A program made the translations under genes and the position numbers. A stretch of 64,000 bases of DNA from an uncultured Candidatus Binatia bacterium (lineage in GTDB: Bacteria > Desulfobacterota > Binatia > UBA9968 > JAJDTQ01). Shown piece by piece: positions 37,509 to 47,720 of this stretch. The stretch is from NCBI GenBank assembly GCA_965242525.1, contig OZ251459.1, positions 1,920,001-1,984,000 on the forward strand. The letters run 5' to 3'. Position 1 is the stretch's first letter. Every line of letters begins with the position of its first letter. The notes below the pieces were generated by a model. The model saw only the letters and a program-made list of their open reading frames with translations, did not search any database and was not told the DNA's origin.

Positions 37509-39030
37509 CGGCTTCCCCGCTCCGCTCGCGCCCGGCCTGCGCCTCCCGCGCACGCTGCAGCTCCTGTTGCCTGCGCGTGCTGCGGATGCCGTAGTAGAGG
37601 CTCCCCGCGATGAGCACCGACACCACCAGGACGATGGGGCGCAACAGCCACCCGGCGCCGTAGCGGCTGATGGAGATGAAGAGGTAGTTCTCGATGATGC
37701 CGCTGAGCACGAGACCCAGGATCAGCGGCGGCCGCGGCCAACTGAACCGCTTCATGAACCAGCCCAGGAGCGAGAAGAACAGCAGCGACCACAGGTCCCC
37801 GTAGTGCCGGGTGGCCTGGAACGACGCCAGGAACACGATGACCACCACCAGCGGGGTCAGCAGGTTGATCCGCACCATGGCGATCTTGGCCAGGGTGTTG
37901 GTGAGCAACATGCACAGCACGGTGCCGAAGATGTTGGCGATGGCCAGGCTCCAGATCATGGTGTAGGTCACCGCCAGGTCCTTGGTGAGCATGGCCGAGC
38001 CCGGGGTCAGCCCCTGGATGGTCATGGCGCCCAGCAACAGGGCCATGGAGGCGCTGCCCGGCACGCCGAAGGCGATGGTGGGGATCAGGGCCCCGCCCTC
38101 CTTGGCGTTGTTGGCGGCTTCCGGCGCAAGGACGCCGCGCACGTCGCCGGTGCCGAAGGTCTTGTTGGCGTCCTTCTCCGTCTGTATGGCGTGGCCGTAG
38201 GCGAACCAGTCCACCACCGACGCGCCCAGCCCCGGTATGGCGCCCACGAAGACCCCCACCACCCCGCAGCGCAGGACCAGGAACCAGTTGCGGAAGGTGT
38301 CCCGGATCCCCGACATGACGCCCTTCAACCGTTCCTTGGGCACGTCCGCGATGCGCGTGCCCCGAATGGTCAGATCGACGATCTCGGGGATGGCGAAGAT
38401 CCCCAGGGCCACCGGCACCAGGGGCACGCCGTCCCACAGGTACAGTTGGCCGAACACCCAGCGGAGCACCCCGGTCTGGGGGTCCATTCCCACCATGCCC
38501 ACGCACAGGCCGATGGCGCCGGCCACGAGGCCCTTCACCGGGGCGTTGCCGCTCAGCACCGCCACCATGGAGATGCCCAGGAGGCCGAGCATGAAGAATT
38601 CGGGGGAGCCGAACGCCAGCACGATGGGGCGCAGCACCGGGATGGAGAGGGCGAGCACCAGCGACCCGAACACGCCGCCCATCAGCGACGCCATGTAGGC
38701 GCCGCCGAAGGCCCGTCCGGCCTCGCCCTTCTTGGCCATGGGATGGCCGTCGAGGATGGTGGCCTGGGACGCCGAGGTGCCGGGGACGCCGAAGAGGACC
38801 GAGGGGATGGTGTCGGAGGTGCTCGTCACCGAGATCAGGCCGATCATGATGGCGAACGCCTCGAAGGAGTCCATGTCGAAGGTGAAGGGCAGGAGGATGG
38901 CAAGCCCCACGAGCCCCCCCAGGCCGGGGATCGCGCCCAGGGCCAGCCCCATGAGAACGCCGATCAACAGGTACCCCAACCGGGTCGGAACCAGGAGGTT
39001 CTCGAACGCCACGGTGGCGGCTTCCAGCAT
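37498..39030 (-). CDS. tctA: TctA family permease
   Basis: GAIPGLGG, GVPGT, DGHPMAKKGEAGRA, APEAANNA, AFGVPGS. Confidence 0.92.
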   Translation of the reverse strand: MLEAATVAFENLLVPTRLGYLLIGVLMGLALGAIPGLGGLVGLAILLPFTFDMDSFEAFAIMIGLISVTSTSDTIPSVLFGVPGTSASQATILDGHPMAKKGEAGRAFGGAYMASLMGGVFGSLVLALSIPVLRPIVLAFGSPEFFMLGLLGISMVAVLSGNAPVKGLVAGAIGLCVGMVGMDPQTGVLRWVFGQLYLWDGVPLVPVALGIFAIPEIVDLTIRGTRIADVPKERLKGVMSGIRDTFRNWFLVLRCGVVGVFVGAIPGLGASVVDWFAYGHAIQTEKDANKTFGTGDVRGVLAPEAANNAKEGGALIPTIAFGVPGSASMALLLGAMTIQGLTPGSAMLTKDLAVTYTMIWSLAIANIFGTVLCMLLTNTLAKIAMVRINLLTPLVVVIVFLASFQATRHYGDLWSLLFFSLLGWFMKRFSWPRPPLILGLVLSGIIENYLFISISRYGAGWLLRPIVLVVSVLIAGSLYYGIRSTRRQQELQRAREAQAGRERSGEADEA

Positions 39031-39065
39031 GGGAACTCCCTTCAGCCCGCACGGAAATCCACAGG

Positions 39066-39094
39066 GATATATCGGGGTCCGGGAAGGCTGTCAA
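39066..39094 (-). promoter_or_regulatory. Sigma70-type promoter of tctA
   Basis: TTGACA (39094-39089), 17-nt spacer, TATATC (39071-39066). Confidence 0.45.
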
Positions 39095-39233
39095 CCCGCT
39101 CCGGGGAGGACGCGCCTTGCCGGATGTTTGTAGGAAAAGGGCCGCTGGTGTAGGAATACCGCCGGGTTGCGGACCGAGCCGCGGCCCGGGGCCTCGTCCC
39201 ATTATCGTCTCGTTACCGGAAAGGACGGCTACC

Positions 39234-40142
39234 ATGGGGAACCTGGGAATCTGCTTCGTCAATCCCGCGCCGCAGATCGAGCCCGGCTACGTCACGGCCA
39301 TGGCGCGCAAATGCGACCAGGCGGGGCTGCATTCGTTCTGGACCATCGATCGCATCGCCTACGACAACCTGGAGGCGCTGACCGTGCTCGCGGCCGCGGC
39401 GGGCGCCACCGAGCGCATCCGGCTGGGGACCTCCGTGCTCCTGTCGGCCCTGCGCCATCCGGCGCTCCTGGCCAAGACCGTGGCCACCCTCGATTTCCTG
39501 TCCAACGGCCGCATGACCCTGGGCATCGGCTTCGGCAGCCGGGAGAACGATTTCAGTTCGGTGGAGGTCCCCTGGGAGCACCGGGGGAGCCGCGCCGAAG
39601 AGTCCCTCGGTCTCATGAAACGGCTCTGGACCGAGGACGAAGTGGAGCACCACGGCAGGTTCTACGACCTGCACAGCACCCGCTTCGGCCCCGGGACCGT
39701 CCAGGCGCCCCATCCCCCCGTGTGGATGGGGGGAACCGCGGACACGGTCCTGAAACGGGTGGGGCGGCTGGCCGACGGCTACATCTGCGGCAGCAGCGCG
39801 GTGCGCGACTTCGACTCGGTGTGGGAGAAGATCAGCGGCCACGCCCGGGCGGCCGGCCGGGACCCGGACGGCATCGAGAAGGCGGGCCTCACCTTCATGG
39901 CCCTCGACGACGACAAGGGCAAGGCGGTGGAAGCGTGCAGCGACTACCTGGTCCGCTACTACGGCAAGGTGCGCATGGACGTGGAGAAGTACATGCTGGT
40001 GGGGGGCGCCAACGAGTGCGCGGACCGAATCGGAAGCATTTTCGCCCGCGGACTCCAGACCCTGATCATCGGCTTGGCCATCGCCGACCTGCGGCAACTG
40101 GACGCCTTCGTGGAGAAGGTGCTGCCGCAAGTCCGGGGCTGA
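39234..40142 (+). CDS. LLM-class flavin-dependent oxidoreductase
   Basis: TERIRLGTSVL, RHPALLAKTVATLDFLSNGR, PHPPVWMGG. Confidence 0.88.
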   Translation: MGNLGICFVNPAPQIEPGYVTAMARKCDQAGLHSFWTIDRIAYDNLEALTVLAAAAGATERIRLGTSVLLSALRHPALLAKTVATLDFLSNGRMTLGIGFGSRENDFSSVEVPWEHRGSRAEESLGLMKRLWTEDEVEHHGRFYDLHSTRFGPGTVQAPHPPVWMGGTADTVLKRVGRLADGYICGSSAVRDFDSVWEKISGHARAAGRDPDGIEKAGLTFMALDDDKGKAVEACSDYLVRYYGKVRMDVEKYMLVGGANECADRIGSIFARGLQTLIIGLAIADLRQLDAFVEKVLPQVRG

Positions 40143-40251
40143 AGCGCCGACCCGGCGGGAGCCCGTCCGGGCAGGCAGGGGGTCGGCGCCGGCCCGACCG
40201 GGGCCGCAGGCCATCGGGATTCCGGCCTCCGGCCGGCCCTCCCGCGGGACC

Positions 40252-40872
40252 CTACAGGGGAGCCGGCCCCTCGAAGTTGGACGTGTAGGGCAGTCCCTCG
40301 GCCGTCCGGGCCACCTGGTCCATGTTGGCGAGCAGCAGCGAAGTGGAGTCCCAGGCGCCGGTGGTGAGGGCGTTCCGGTGGCTGTCCAGGACGTCGATGT
40401 CCACGTGCCCGCCGTCCGGCAAGTGGACCTTCCGGGCCTCCAGGTCCACCGCGAGCTCGGCGTCGGGATTGGACTCCACCAGCGCCATCAGCTTCTCCAT
40501 CTCCTCGGGCGCCGCCGTCACCGTGGGCATGCCCAGCATCACGCTGCTGCCGGCGAAGATCGGCCCGAAGGATTCGCCGACGATGGCCCGGATGCCCCAG
40601 CGGTACAGGGCCTGGGGCGCGTGCTCCCGCGACGACCCGCAACCGAAGTTGCGGTTCACCAGCAGGATCTCTGCCCCCTGGAAGCGCGGCTCGTTGAACG
40701 GATGCGCCGCGGGTTTCCCGTCCGAGTCGAAGCGCTCGTCGAAGAACGGGTACTCGCCCATGCGGTGGAAAGTGATTTCCTTGAGGTAACGGGCGGGAAC
40801 GATCCGGTCGGTGTCGATGTCGTGCCCGCGCACCGCCACCGCCCTGCCTCTTACCTGCCTGATCTCGTTCAT
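40252..40872 (-). CDS. leuD: 3-isopropylmalate dehydratase small subunit
   Basis: [36 protein letters not shown]. Confidence 0.95.
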   Translation of the reverse strand: MNEIRQVRGRAVAVRGHDIDTDRIVPARYLKEITFHRMGEYPFFDERFDSDGKPAAHPFNEPRFQGAEILLVNRNFGCGSSREHAPQALYRWGIRAIVGESFGPIFAGSSVMLGMPTVTAAPEEMEKLMALVESNPDAELAVDLEARKVHLPDGGHVDIDVLDSHRNALTTGAWDSTSLLLANMDQVARTAEGLPYTSNFEGPAPL

Positions 40873-40883
40873 GGGGACCTCGA

Positions 40884-42279
40884 TCAATTGAATTCGCGCA
40901 CGTCCACGACCCGGCCTTCGAGGGCCGCGGCCGCCACCATGGCGGGACTCATCAACAGGGTGCGCCCGCCCGGGCTCCCCTGGCGGCCGATGAAGTTGCG
41001 GTTCGAGGAAGAGGCGCACACTTCCCGGCCGCTGAGCTTGTCCGGGTTCATGGCCAGGCACATGGAGCAGCCCGCTTCCCTCCACTGGAAGCCGGCTTCG
41101 GTGAACACCCGGTGCAGCCCCGCGGCCTCGGCCTGTTTCTTCACGTCCGCGGACCCGGGCACCACCAGGGCCCTCACCCCCGCGGACACCTTCCTGCCTT
41201 CCGCAACCCGGGCCGCGGCCACCAAGTCCGAGAACCGCGAGTTCGTGCAGGAACCGATGAACGCCACGTCGATGGGGGTGCCGAGGATCGGCGCTCCGGG
41301 CTCCCAGCCCATGTGCTCGTAGGCCTTCTCCACCGTCTTGGGGTCTTCCATCTCTTCGGGCCGCGGCAGGTTCTCCCGCACTCCCACCGCCTGCCCGGGG
41401 TTGATCCCCCAGGTGACCGTGGGTTCGATGGCCGAGCCATCCAGGTCCACCACGTGGTCGTAGGAGGCGTCCGCGTCCGACGCCATGGAGCGCCAGTAGG
41501 CCACCGCCCGGTCGAAGGCGTCGCCTTTGGGAGCGAACGGCCGTCCGAGCAGGTAGTCGAAGGTGGTCTTGTCGGGGTTCACGTAACCCACCAGCGCCCC
41601 CCCCTCGATGCTCATGTTGCAGACGGTCATGCGTTCGTCCATGTTCATGCGGTCCAGCGCTTCCCCCCCGTACTCGTAGGCGAACCCCTTGCCGCCGCCG
41701 ACCCCGAGGCGCCGGATGATGGTCAGGATCACGTCCTTGGCGTGCACCCCCAGGGGGAGACGGCCGTTGACGTTGATACGCCACCTTGAGCCGGTCCATG
41801 GCCAGGGTCTGGGTGGCGAGCACGTCCCGGACCTGGGTCGTGCCGATGCCGAAGGCCAGGGTCCCGAAGGCCCCGTGGGTGCTGGTGTGGCTGTCGCCGC
41901 AGGCCAGGGTCATCCCCGGCTGGGTGAGGCCGAGCTGCGGGCCGATGACGTGGACGATGCCCTGCCGGCTGCTCTCCAGGCCGTAGAACTCGATGCCGAA
42001 GTCCCGGACGTTCTTCTCCAGGGCGGCCATCATGGCTTCGGCCTGCTCGTCGAGGAAGGGCCGGGAGCGCGCGTCCGTGGGGACGATGTGGTCCGCGGTG
42101 GCGAAGGTCCGCCGGGGATAGGCGATGGAAAGCCCGCGTTCCCGCAGCATGTCGAAGGCCTGCGGGGTGGTCACCTCGTGGACCAGGTGCAACCCGATGA
42201 AGAGCTGGGTCTGTCCGGTGGGGAGCGTGGCCACCGAGTGGGCGTCCCACACCTTGTCATAGAGGGTGCGTTCGGACAT
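40884..42279 (-). pseudogene. leuC: 3-isopropylmalate dehydratase large subunit, frameshifted at about 41781 (real lesion or sequencing error)
   Basis: HEVTTPQAF and [13 protein letters not shown] lie in one frame; [21 protein letters not shown] and GCSMCLAMN lie in another; span is 1396 nt (3n+1). Confidence 0.9.
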
Positions 42280-42345
42280 GGATCGGTTCTCCTTGCGGGG
42301 AATCATAGCCGCGGACCGGCGCGGTTTCAAGCCGGGACCCGAGAC

Positions 42346-43080
42346 TCACTCGTAGCCGACCTCCACCAGGAACAGGCCCCGGGCCGGCGCGGTGGGGCCG
42401 GCGAGCCTCCGGTCGCGGCTCTCCATCAGGCCCGGGAGGCCGTCCGGGTCCCGCTCTCCCAGGCCCGTCTCCACCAGCGTGCCGACGATGTTCCTCACCA
42501 TGTGCCGGAGGTAGCCGGTGGCTTCGATACGATAGACCCAATGGTCCTCCCAGGGGTACAACTCGTTGCGGAACACCCGTCGCACCGGGGTGGCGGCGCC
42601 GCAGCCCGCGGCCCGGAAGCACGAGAAGTCGTGCTCTCCTTCCAGCGCGGCCAGGGCCCCGCGCATGGCGTCGATGCGCAAGGGCCGGGGGACGCGCCAT
42701 GCGTAGCGGTCGTGGAAGACCGAACGCCAGGGGCGGTCCCACAACCGGTACTCGTACACGCGCCGGGTGGCGTCCCTCCTGGGGTCGAAGGAAGCCGGCG
42801 CGGGCTCCGCGGCCTTCACCGTCAAGTCCGGCGGGGTGAGGGCGTTGAGGCCCTGCCGGAGCCGCGCCAAGTCCCGGCGGTCGGGGCAGACGAAGCTCGC
42901 CACCTGGCCCAGGGCGTGGACGCCGGCATCGGTGCGCCCGGACCCGCGGACCCGGACCGGCTGCCGCAGCAGCACGGCCAGGGCCTCTTCCAGCACGCCC
43001 TGGACGGTGGGTCCCCGGGGTTGGACCTGCCAGCCGCGGTAACCGGCGCCGTCGTACTCCAGGGTCAGTCGGACGTTCAT
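42346..43080 (-). CDS. truA: tRNA pseudouridine(38-40) synthase
   Basis: LEYDGAGYRGWQ, GSGRTDAGVHALGQ, GEHDFSCF, MVRNIVG. Confidence 0.96.
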   Translation of the reverse strand: MNVRLTLEYDGAGYRGWQVQPRGPTVQGVLEEALAVLLRQPVRVRGSGRTDAGVHALGQVASFVCPDRRDLARLRQGLNALTPPDLTVKAAEPAPASFDPRRDATRRVYEYRLWDRPWRSVFHDRYAWRVPRPLRIDAMRGALAALEGEHDFSCFRAAGCGAATPVRRVFRNELYPWEDHWVYRIEATGYLRHMVRNIVGTLVETGLGERDPDGLPGLMESRDRRLAGPTAPARGLFLVEVGYE

Positions 43081-43129
43081 GGGCCCGGAGGACCGGCGCG
43101 CCCGTGCGGACCCCGGACGCCCCCGCCCG

Positions 43130-44152
43130 TCAGTGGTAGTCCCGGATCAGGATCTCCGCGACCTGCACCGCGTTGAGGGCCGCGCCCTTGCGCAGGTTGT
43201 CGCCCACCACCCAGAGGTTGAGGCCGTTGTCCACCGAGTCGTCTTCCCGGATGCGGCCCACGAACGTGGCGTCCTTGCCGGTCACCTCGGTGGCCAGCGG
43301 GTAGCCGTTGTCCTGGGGGTCGTCCTGGAGCAGCACCCCGGGGGCCTCCCTGAGGATGGCGCGGACGTCGCCCGCGGACAGCTTGGTGCGGGTCTCCACG
43401 TTGATGGACTCGGAGTGGCTGCAGAAAACCGGGACGCGCACCGCGGTGGCGGTGATGCGGATGTCCGGGTCGCCGAGGATCTTGCGCGTCTCCCGGATCA
43501 TCTTCATCTCTTCCCCGGTGTAGCCGTTGGGCAGGAACGAATCGATGTGGGGAATGCAGTTGAAGGCGATCCGGTGCGGGAACCGCTCGCATTCCACCTC
43601 CTGCCCGTTGAACAACGCCGCGGTCTGGCTCCCGAGCTCCTCCATGGCCTGCCGTCCGGCGCCGGACACCGACTGGTAGGTGGACACCACGATGCGGGTG
43701 ATCCCCGCGGCGTCGTACAGGGGCTTCAGGGCCACCACCATCTGGATGGTGGAGCAGTTGGGGTTGGCGATGATGCCCCGCCGGACGTGCCCGGCGATCT
43801 CCCGGGCGTTGACTTCCGGGACCACCAGCGGAACGTCGTCGTCCATGCGGAAACGGCTGGTGTTGTCGATGACCACCGCGCCCGCGTCCACCGCGGCCGG
43901 AGCATACCGGGCGCTCACCGACGAGCCCGCGGAGAACAGCGCGATGTCCACGTCGTCGAAGGAATCCTCGTCCAGGACCTCTACCGGAACCTGTCGGCCG
44001 CAGAACTCCAGCCGCTGGCCCGCGGACCTCTCGGAGGCCAGCAGCCGGAGCCGGTCCACCGGGAACGAACGTTCCGCGAGGATCTTCCGCATCTCCTCGC
44101 CCACCGCGCCCGTGGCCCCCACCACCGCGACGTTGTACTTGTCCTTGCCCAT
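43130..44152 (-). CDS. asd: Aspartate-semialdehyde dehydrogenase
   Basis: VVGATGAVG, IANPNCSTIQ, STYQSVSGAG, DNLRKGAALNAVQ. Confidence 0.97.
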   Translation of the reverse strand: MGKDKYNVAVVGATGAVGEEMRKILAERSFPVDRLRLLASERSAGQRLEFCGRQVPVEVLDEDSFDDVDIALFSAGSSVSARYAPAAVDAGAVVIDNTSRFRMDDDVPLVVPEVNAREIAGHVRRGIIANPNCSTIQMVVALKPLYDAAGITRIVVSTYQSVSGAGRQAMEELGSQTAALFNGQEVECERFPHRIAFNCIPHIDSFLPNGYTGEEMKMIRETRKILGDPDIRITATAVRVPVFCSHSESINVETRTKLSAGDVRAILREAPGVLLQDDPQDNGYPLATEVTGKDATFVGRIREDDSVDNGLNLWVVGDNLRKGAALNAVQVAEILIRDYH

Positions 44153-44154
44153 GG

Positions 44155-45246
44155 TCACCCGCGGCCCGCCGCGACCTCCCGCCGCACGAGGGAGCCCATC
44201 TCCCGGCACCCCACCGCCGAATCCTTGCCTTCGGCGATGTCCGGCGTGCGATGGCCGGCCTCGAGCACCCGCTCCACCGCCTGCTCGATGCAGTCCGCGG
44301 CGTCGCCCCGGTCGAAGGAATGGCGCAGCATGAGCGCCACGGTCAGGATGGCGGCCAGGGGATTGGCCTGGTCCTGCCCGGCGATGTCCGGGGCGCTGCC
44401 GTGCACCGGTTCGTACATGCCCACCGTGCCGCCGAGGCTGGCCGACGGCAGCATGCCGATGGAGCCCGTCAGCATGGCGGCCTCGTCGCTCAGGATGTCG
44501 CCGAACATGTTGGTGGTCACGATCACGTCGAACTGCTTCGGGTCCCGGATGAGCTGCATGGCGCAGTTGTCCACCAGCACGTGCTCGAGCTCCACGTCTC
44601 CGTAGCCCTCCTCACGGTGCACCCGGGTCACGACCTTGCGCCACAACTCCGTGGACTCCAGCACGTTGGCCTTGTCCACCGAGGTCACCCGGCGGCGCCG
44701 CCTGCGCGCGGCGTCGAAGGCCACCCTGGCGATCCTCTCGATCTCCGGGGTGGAATAGACCAGGGTGTTGACGCCGCGTTCGGTCCCGTCCGGCCCGGAG
44801 GTGACCCCCTTGGGCTGCCCGAAGTAGATGCCGCCGGTCAGCTCCCGGACCACCACCAGGTCGGTCCCCTGCACCACCTCGGGCTTGAGGGTGGAGGCCT
44901 GCGCCAGGGGCCCGAACAGCTTCACCGGCCGCAGGTTGGCGAACAGGCCCAACTCTTGGCGCAAGGCGAGCAGCGCCCGCTCGGGGCGGATGGAATAGTC
45001 CAGTCCGTCCCACTTGGGTCCGCCCATGGCGCCCAGGACCACCGCGTCGCCGGACTTGGCCAACCCGAGGACCTCGTCGGTCAGGGGCTTCCCGTGGACG
45101 TCGATGGAGGCTCCCCCCACCAACCCTTCCTCCACTTCCACGGCGAAGCCGAAGACCTCCGCGGCCTGCCGCAGCACCGCCAGGGCTTCCGCCGCCACTT
45201 CCGGGCCGATGCCGTCGCCCGGAAGCACCGTAACCTTGTGGCTCAT
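44155..45246 (-). CDS. leuB: 3-isopropylmalate dehydrogenase
   Basis: [51 protein letters not shown]. Confidence 0.97.
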   Translation of the reverse strand: MSHKVTVLPGDGIGPEVAAEALAVLRQAAEVFGFAVEVEEGLVGGASIDVHGKPLTDEVLGLAKSGDAVVLGAMGGPKWDGLDYSIRPERALLALRQELGLFANLRPVKLFGPLAQASTLKPEVVQGTDLVVVRELTGGIYFGQPKGVTSGPDGTERGVNTLVYSTPEIERIARVAFDAARRRRRRVTSVDKANVLESTELWRKVVTRVHREEGYGDVELEHVLVDNCAMQLIRDPKQFDVIVTTNMFGDILSDEAAMLTGSIGMLPSASLGGTVGMYEPVHGSAPDIAGQDQANPLAAILTVALMLRHSFDRGDAADCIEQAVERVLEAGHRTPDIAEGKDSAVGCREMGSLVRREVAAGRG

Positions 45247-46799
45247 GGCCCCCCCTCCACCGGGACTTGGCGGTGACGCTTGCGGTACTCCAGGCGATTC
45301 AGGGCGTTCACGTACGCCAGGGCGCTCGCCATGATGATGTCGGTGTGGGAACCCTTCCCGGTGATCTGGACGTCCTTGTCCTGGAGCATGCACGATACCT
45401 CGCCCTGGGCGTCGGTGCCGCCGGTGACGCTCGACACCGAATAGCGCCGCAGCCTCGCATGGCTGCCGGAAAGCCGGGCGATGGCTTTATAGCACGCATC
45501 CACCACCCCGTCACCCGTGTCGTGGGCCACCCGCTCGTTGCCGTCCACCCGCATCCGCACCGTGGCCGACGGAACCGCGGACGAGCTCGACGCGATGTTC
45601 ATATAGACCAGCTCGTAGCGGTCCGGCTGGCTCGGTATCCGCAGCACCTCGTCGGCCACCAGGGCCTCGATGTCCTCGTCGAAGACCTCCTTCTTCTTGT
45701 CGGCGAGCTGCTTGAACCGCTCGAAGGCCCGGTTCACCTCGTCCTTGTTGAGCGTGAAGCCCAAATGCTTGAGCCTTTCGCCGAAGGCGTGCCGGCCGGA
45801 GTGCTTGCCCATGACCAGCCGGTTGCCGCTGATGCCGATGGTCTCCGGCTTCATGATCTCGTAGGTGAGCTTCTGCTTCAGCACGCCGTCCTGGTGGATC
45901 CCCGCCTCGTGGGCGAAGGCGTTGTCCCCCACGATGGGCTTGTTCAAGGGGACCACGATGCCGGTGACCTGGGACAGCAGGCGCGACGTGGGGTAGATCT
46001 GCTCGGTGCGGACGTTGGTGTCCAGGTGGAAGACCGACCGCCGCGTCTTCAACGCCATGACCACCTCTTCCAGCGACGTGTTGCCGGCCCGCTCGCCGAT
46101 GCCGTTCACCGTGCACTCCACCTGGCGCACGCCGTTGACCACTGCGGACAGGGAGTTGGCCACGGCCAGGCCCAGGTCGTTGTGGCAGTGGGCGCTCCAG
46201 GTGACCTCGTCCGAACCCTCCACGCGGTCGATCAGATACCGCACCAGCTCCCCGAACTCGGAGGGTATGGCGTAGCCCGTGGTGTCCGGGATGTTGAGGG
46301 TCCTGGCGCCGGCCTTGACGGCCTCGCCGAAGACCTGCGCCAGGAAGTCCGGGTCGCTGCGCGAAGCGTCCTCGGCCGAGAACTCCACGTAGTCCAGGTG
46401 CTTCCGGGCGTACCGGACGGCCGCCCCCACCGCGTCCAGCACCTCGCTGCGGCCCATCCGGAGCTTGTGCTTCAGGTGGATGTCCGAGGTGGCGATGAAG
46501 GTGTGGAGGCCGGGCCTGCGCGCCCCTTCCACCGCCTTGACGGCCTTCCGGATGTCGCCCTGCTGGGCCCTCGCAAGGCTCAGGACGATGGGCCGCCGGA
46601 CGGCCTTGCACACCTGCGCCACCGATTCGAAGTCCCCCGGCGACGAAGCGGCGAAGCCCGCCTCGATGACGTCCACCCCGAGCTTCTCCAGTTGCCGCGC
46701 GACGAGGACCTTCTCGTCGATGTTCATGCTGGCCCCGGGCGACTGCTCGCCGTCCCTGAGGGTGGTATCGAAGATCTTTACGACGTCCTTGGCGCCCAT
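45243..46799 (-). CDS. leuA: 2-isopropylmalate synthase
   Basis: [40 protein letters not shown]-terminal regulatory domain. Confidence 0.97.
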   Translation of the reverse strand: MGAKDVVKIFDTTLRDGEQSPGASMNIDEKVLVARQLEKLGVDVIEAGFAASSPGDFESVAQVCKAVRRPIVLSLARAQQGDIRKAVKAVEGARRPGLHTFIATSDIHLKHKLRMGRSEVLDAVGAAVRYARKHLDYVEFSAEDASRSDPDFLAQVFGEAVKAGARTLNIPDTTGYAIPSEFGELVRYLIDRVEGSDEVTWSAHCHNDLGLAVANSLSAVVNGVRQVECTVNGIGERAGNTSLEEVVMALKTRRSVFHLDTNVRTEQIYPTSRLLSQVTGIVVPLNKPIVGDNAFAHEAGIHQDGVLKQKLTYEIMKPETIGISGNRLVMGKHSGRHAFGERLKHLGFTLNKDEVNRAFERFKQLADKKKEVFDEDIEALVADEVLRIPSQPDRYELVYMNIASSSSAVPSATVRMRVDGNERVAHDTGDGVVDACYKAIARLSGSHARLRRYSVSSVTGGTDAQGEVSCMLQDKDVQITGKGSHTDIIMASALAYVNALNRLEYRKRHRQVPVEGGP

Positions 46800-46812
46800 G
46801 GTCTCCCTCCTC

Positions 46813-46846
46813 AAAAAAAAACTCCCGCGGAGGTCCGGCGGGAGTT
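46813..46846 (-). terminator. Intrinsic terminator between pssA and the leuA RBS (attenuator terminator)
   Basis: AACTCCCGC-cggacctcc-GCGGGAG followed by T9 on the minus strand, immediately before GAGGAGGGAGACC-ATG of leuA. Confidence 0.85.
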
Positions 46847-47035
46847 CGAGTCATGCGAGCTGGTTCTGCTTCCTGGTCAGGCCTGGGCGAGCGCCCGCTC
46901 TTCCCTCCGTCGCTCCCGCACGGCGAGCAACCATAGTAAGGGACCCGATAAGGTGTACAGCAATAGCGCCGAGAACAACACGATCTGCCACATGGCGATG
47001 GCCAGTATAACGACTGCCAACGCGGAAAGCAACAA
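46813..47035 (-). promoter_or_regulatory. Putative leucine transcription attenuator embedded in the pssA 3' end
   Basis: 14 Leu codons in 37, 11 of them TTG/TTA/CTA/CTT; CCGTGCGGGAGCGA (46923-46910) is complementary to the terminator 5' arm. Confidence 0.65.
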
Positions 47036-47713
47036 CCAAATGGTGCTGCGCTTCTTGAAGTGGTGCTGCTTCAGGCTGGAGTAGCGGAAGTTGCTGACCA
47101 TCAGGCCTGCCAGCGCGCACGCCGCCGCCATGAACACCAAGGGCTTGGCGTCCGCGTCCTCGAGCCCCAGCATGGACCAGATGAAGACGAAGGCGGCGAC
47201 CATGGCCGCGGCCGCGGGGATGGGCAAGCCGGTGAAGTAGCTCTTCTCCGCCGACAGCGTCTGGACGTTGAAACGCGCCAGGCGCAAGGCCCCGCAAACG
47301 GCGAACAGGGCGGCCCCGATACCGCCCCAGGCGCCCCAGGGGGCCAGCGCGAAGACGTACGCGAGCACCGCGGGCGCGACGCCGAACGAGACCACGTCGG
47401 CCAGCGAATCGAACTCGACCCCGAACCGGCTGGCGGTATGGGTCAGCCTGGCCACCGCGCCGTCCACCCCGTCCAGCAGGTTCGCGGCCAAAATCAACAG
47501 GGCCGCCCGGTGGTGCTCGCCGTCGAAGGCGAAGAGGACGGCGAAGACGCCGCAGAAGAGGTTGCCCGCGGTGAACAGGCTGGGGAGGAGGAAGATGCCC
47601 CGGCGCAGCCGGTGGGCCGGATTGCGGCGCTTCCCGCGGCTCCGCCGGATCTTTCCCCGGGGGATCAGGCGGACCTTCCGCAACCGCGCGTCCTGGTTTC
47701 CGGAACGTTCCAT
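46877..47713 (-). CDS. pssA: CDP-diacylglycerol--serine O-phosphatidyltransferase
   Basis: LPSLFTAGNLFCG, DGVDGAVAR, FDSLADVVSFGVAPA, ALRLARFN, FTGLPIPAAA. Confidence 0.95.
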   Translation of the reverse strand: MERSGNQDARLRKVRLIPRGKIRRSRGKRRNPAHRLRRGIFLLPSLFTAGNLFCGVFAVLFAFDGEHHRAALLILAANLLDGVDGAVARLTHTASRFGVEFDSLADVVSFGVAPAVLAYVFALAPWGAWGGIGAALFAVCGALRLARFNVQTLSAEKSYFTGLPIPAAAAMVAAFVFIWSMLGLEDADAKPLVFMAAACALAGLMVSNFRYSSLKQHHFKKRSTIWLLLSALAVVILAIAMWQIVLFSALLLYTLSGPLLWLLAVRERRREERALAQA

Positions 47714-47720
47714 GGCCCCG

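Noticed and set aside
40252-42330. 692-aa LeuC-LeuD 'fusion protein'
   Set aside because: The middle part is out-of-frame, low-complexity translation of leuC. It results from the frameshift and is not an evolved fusion.
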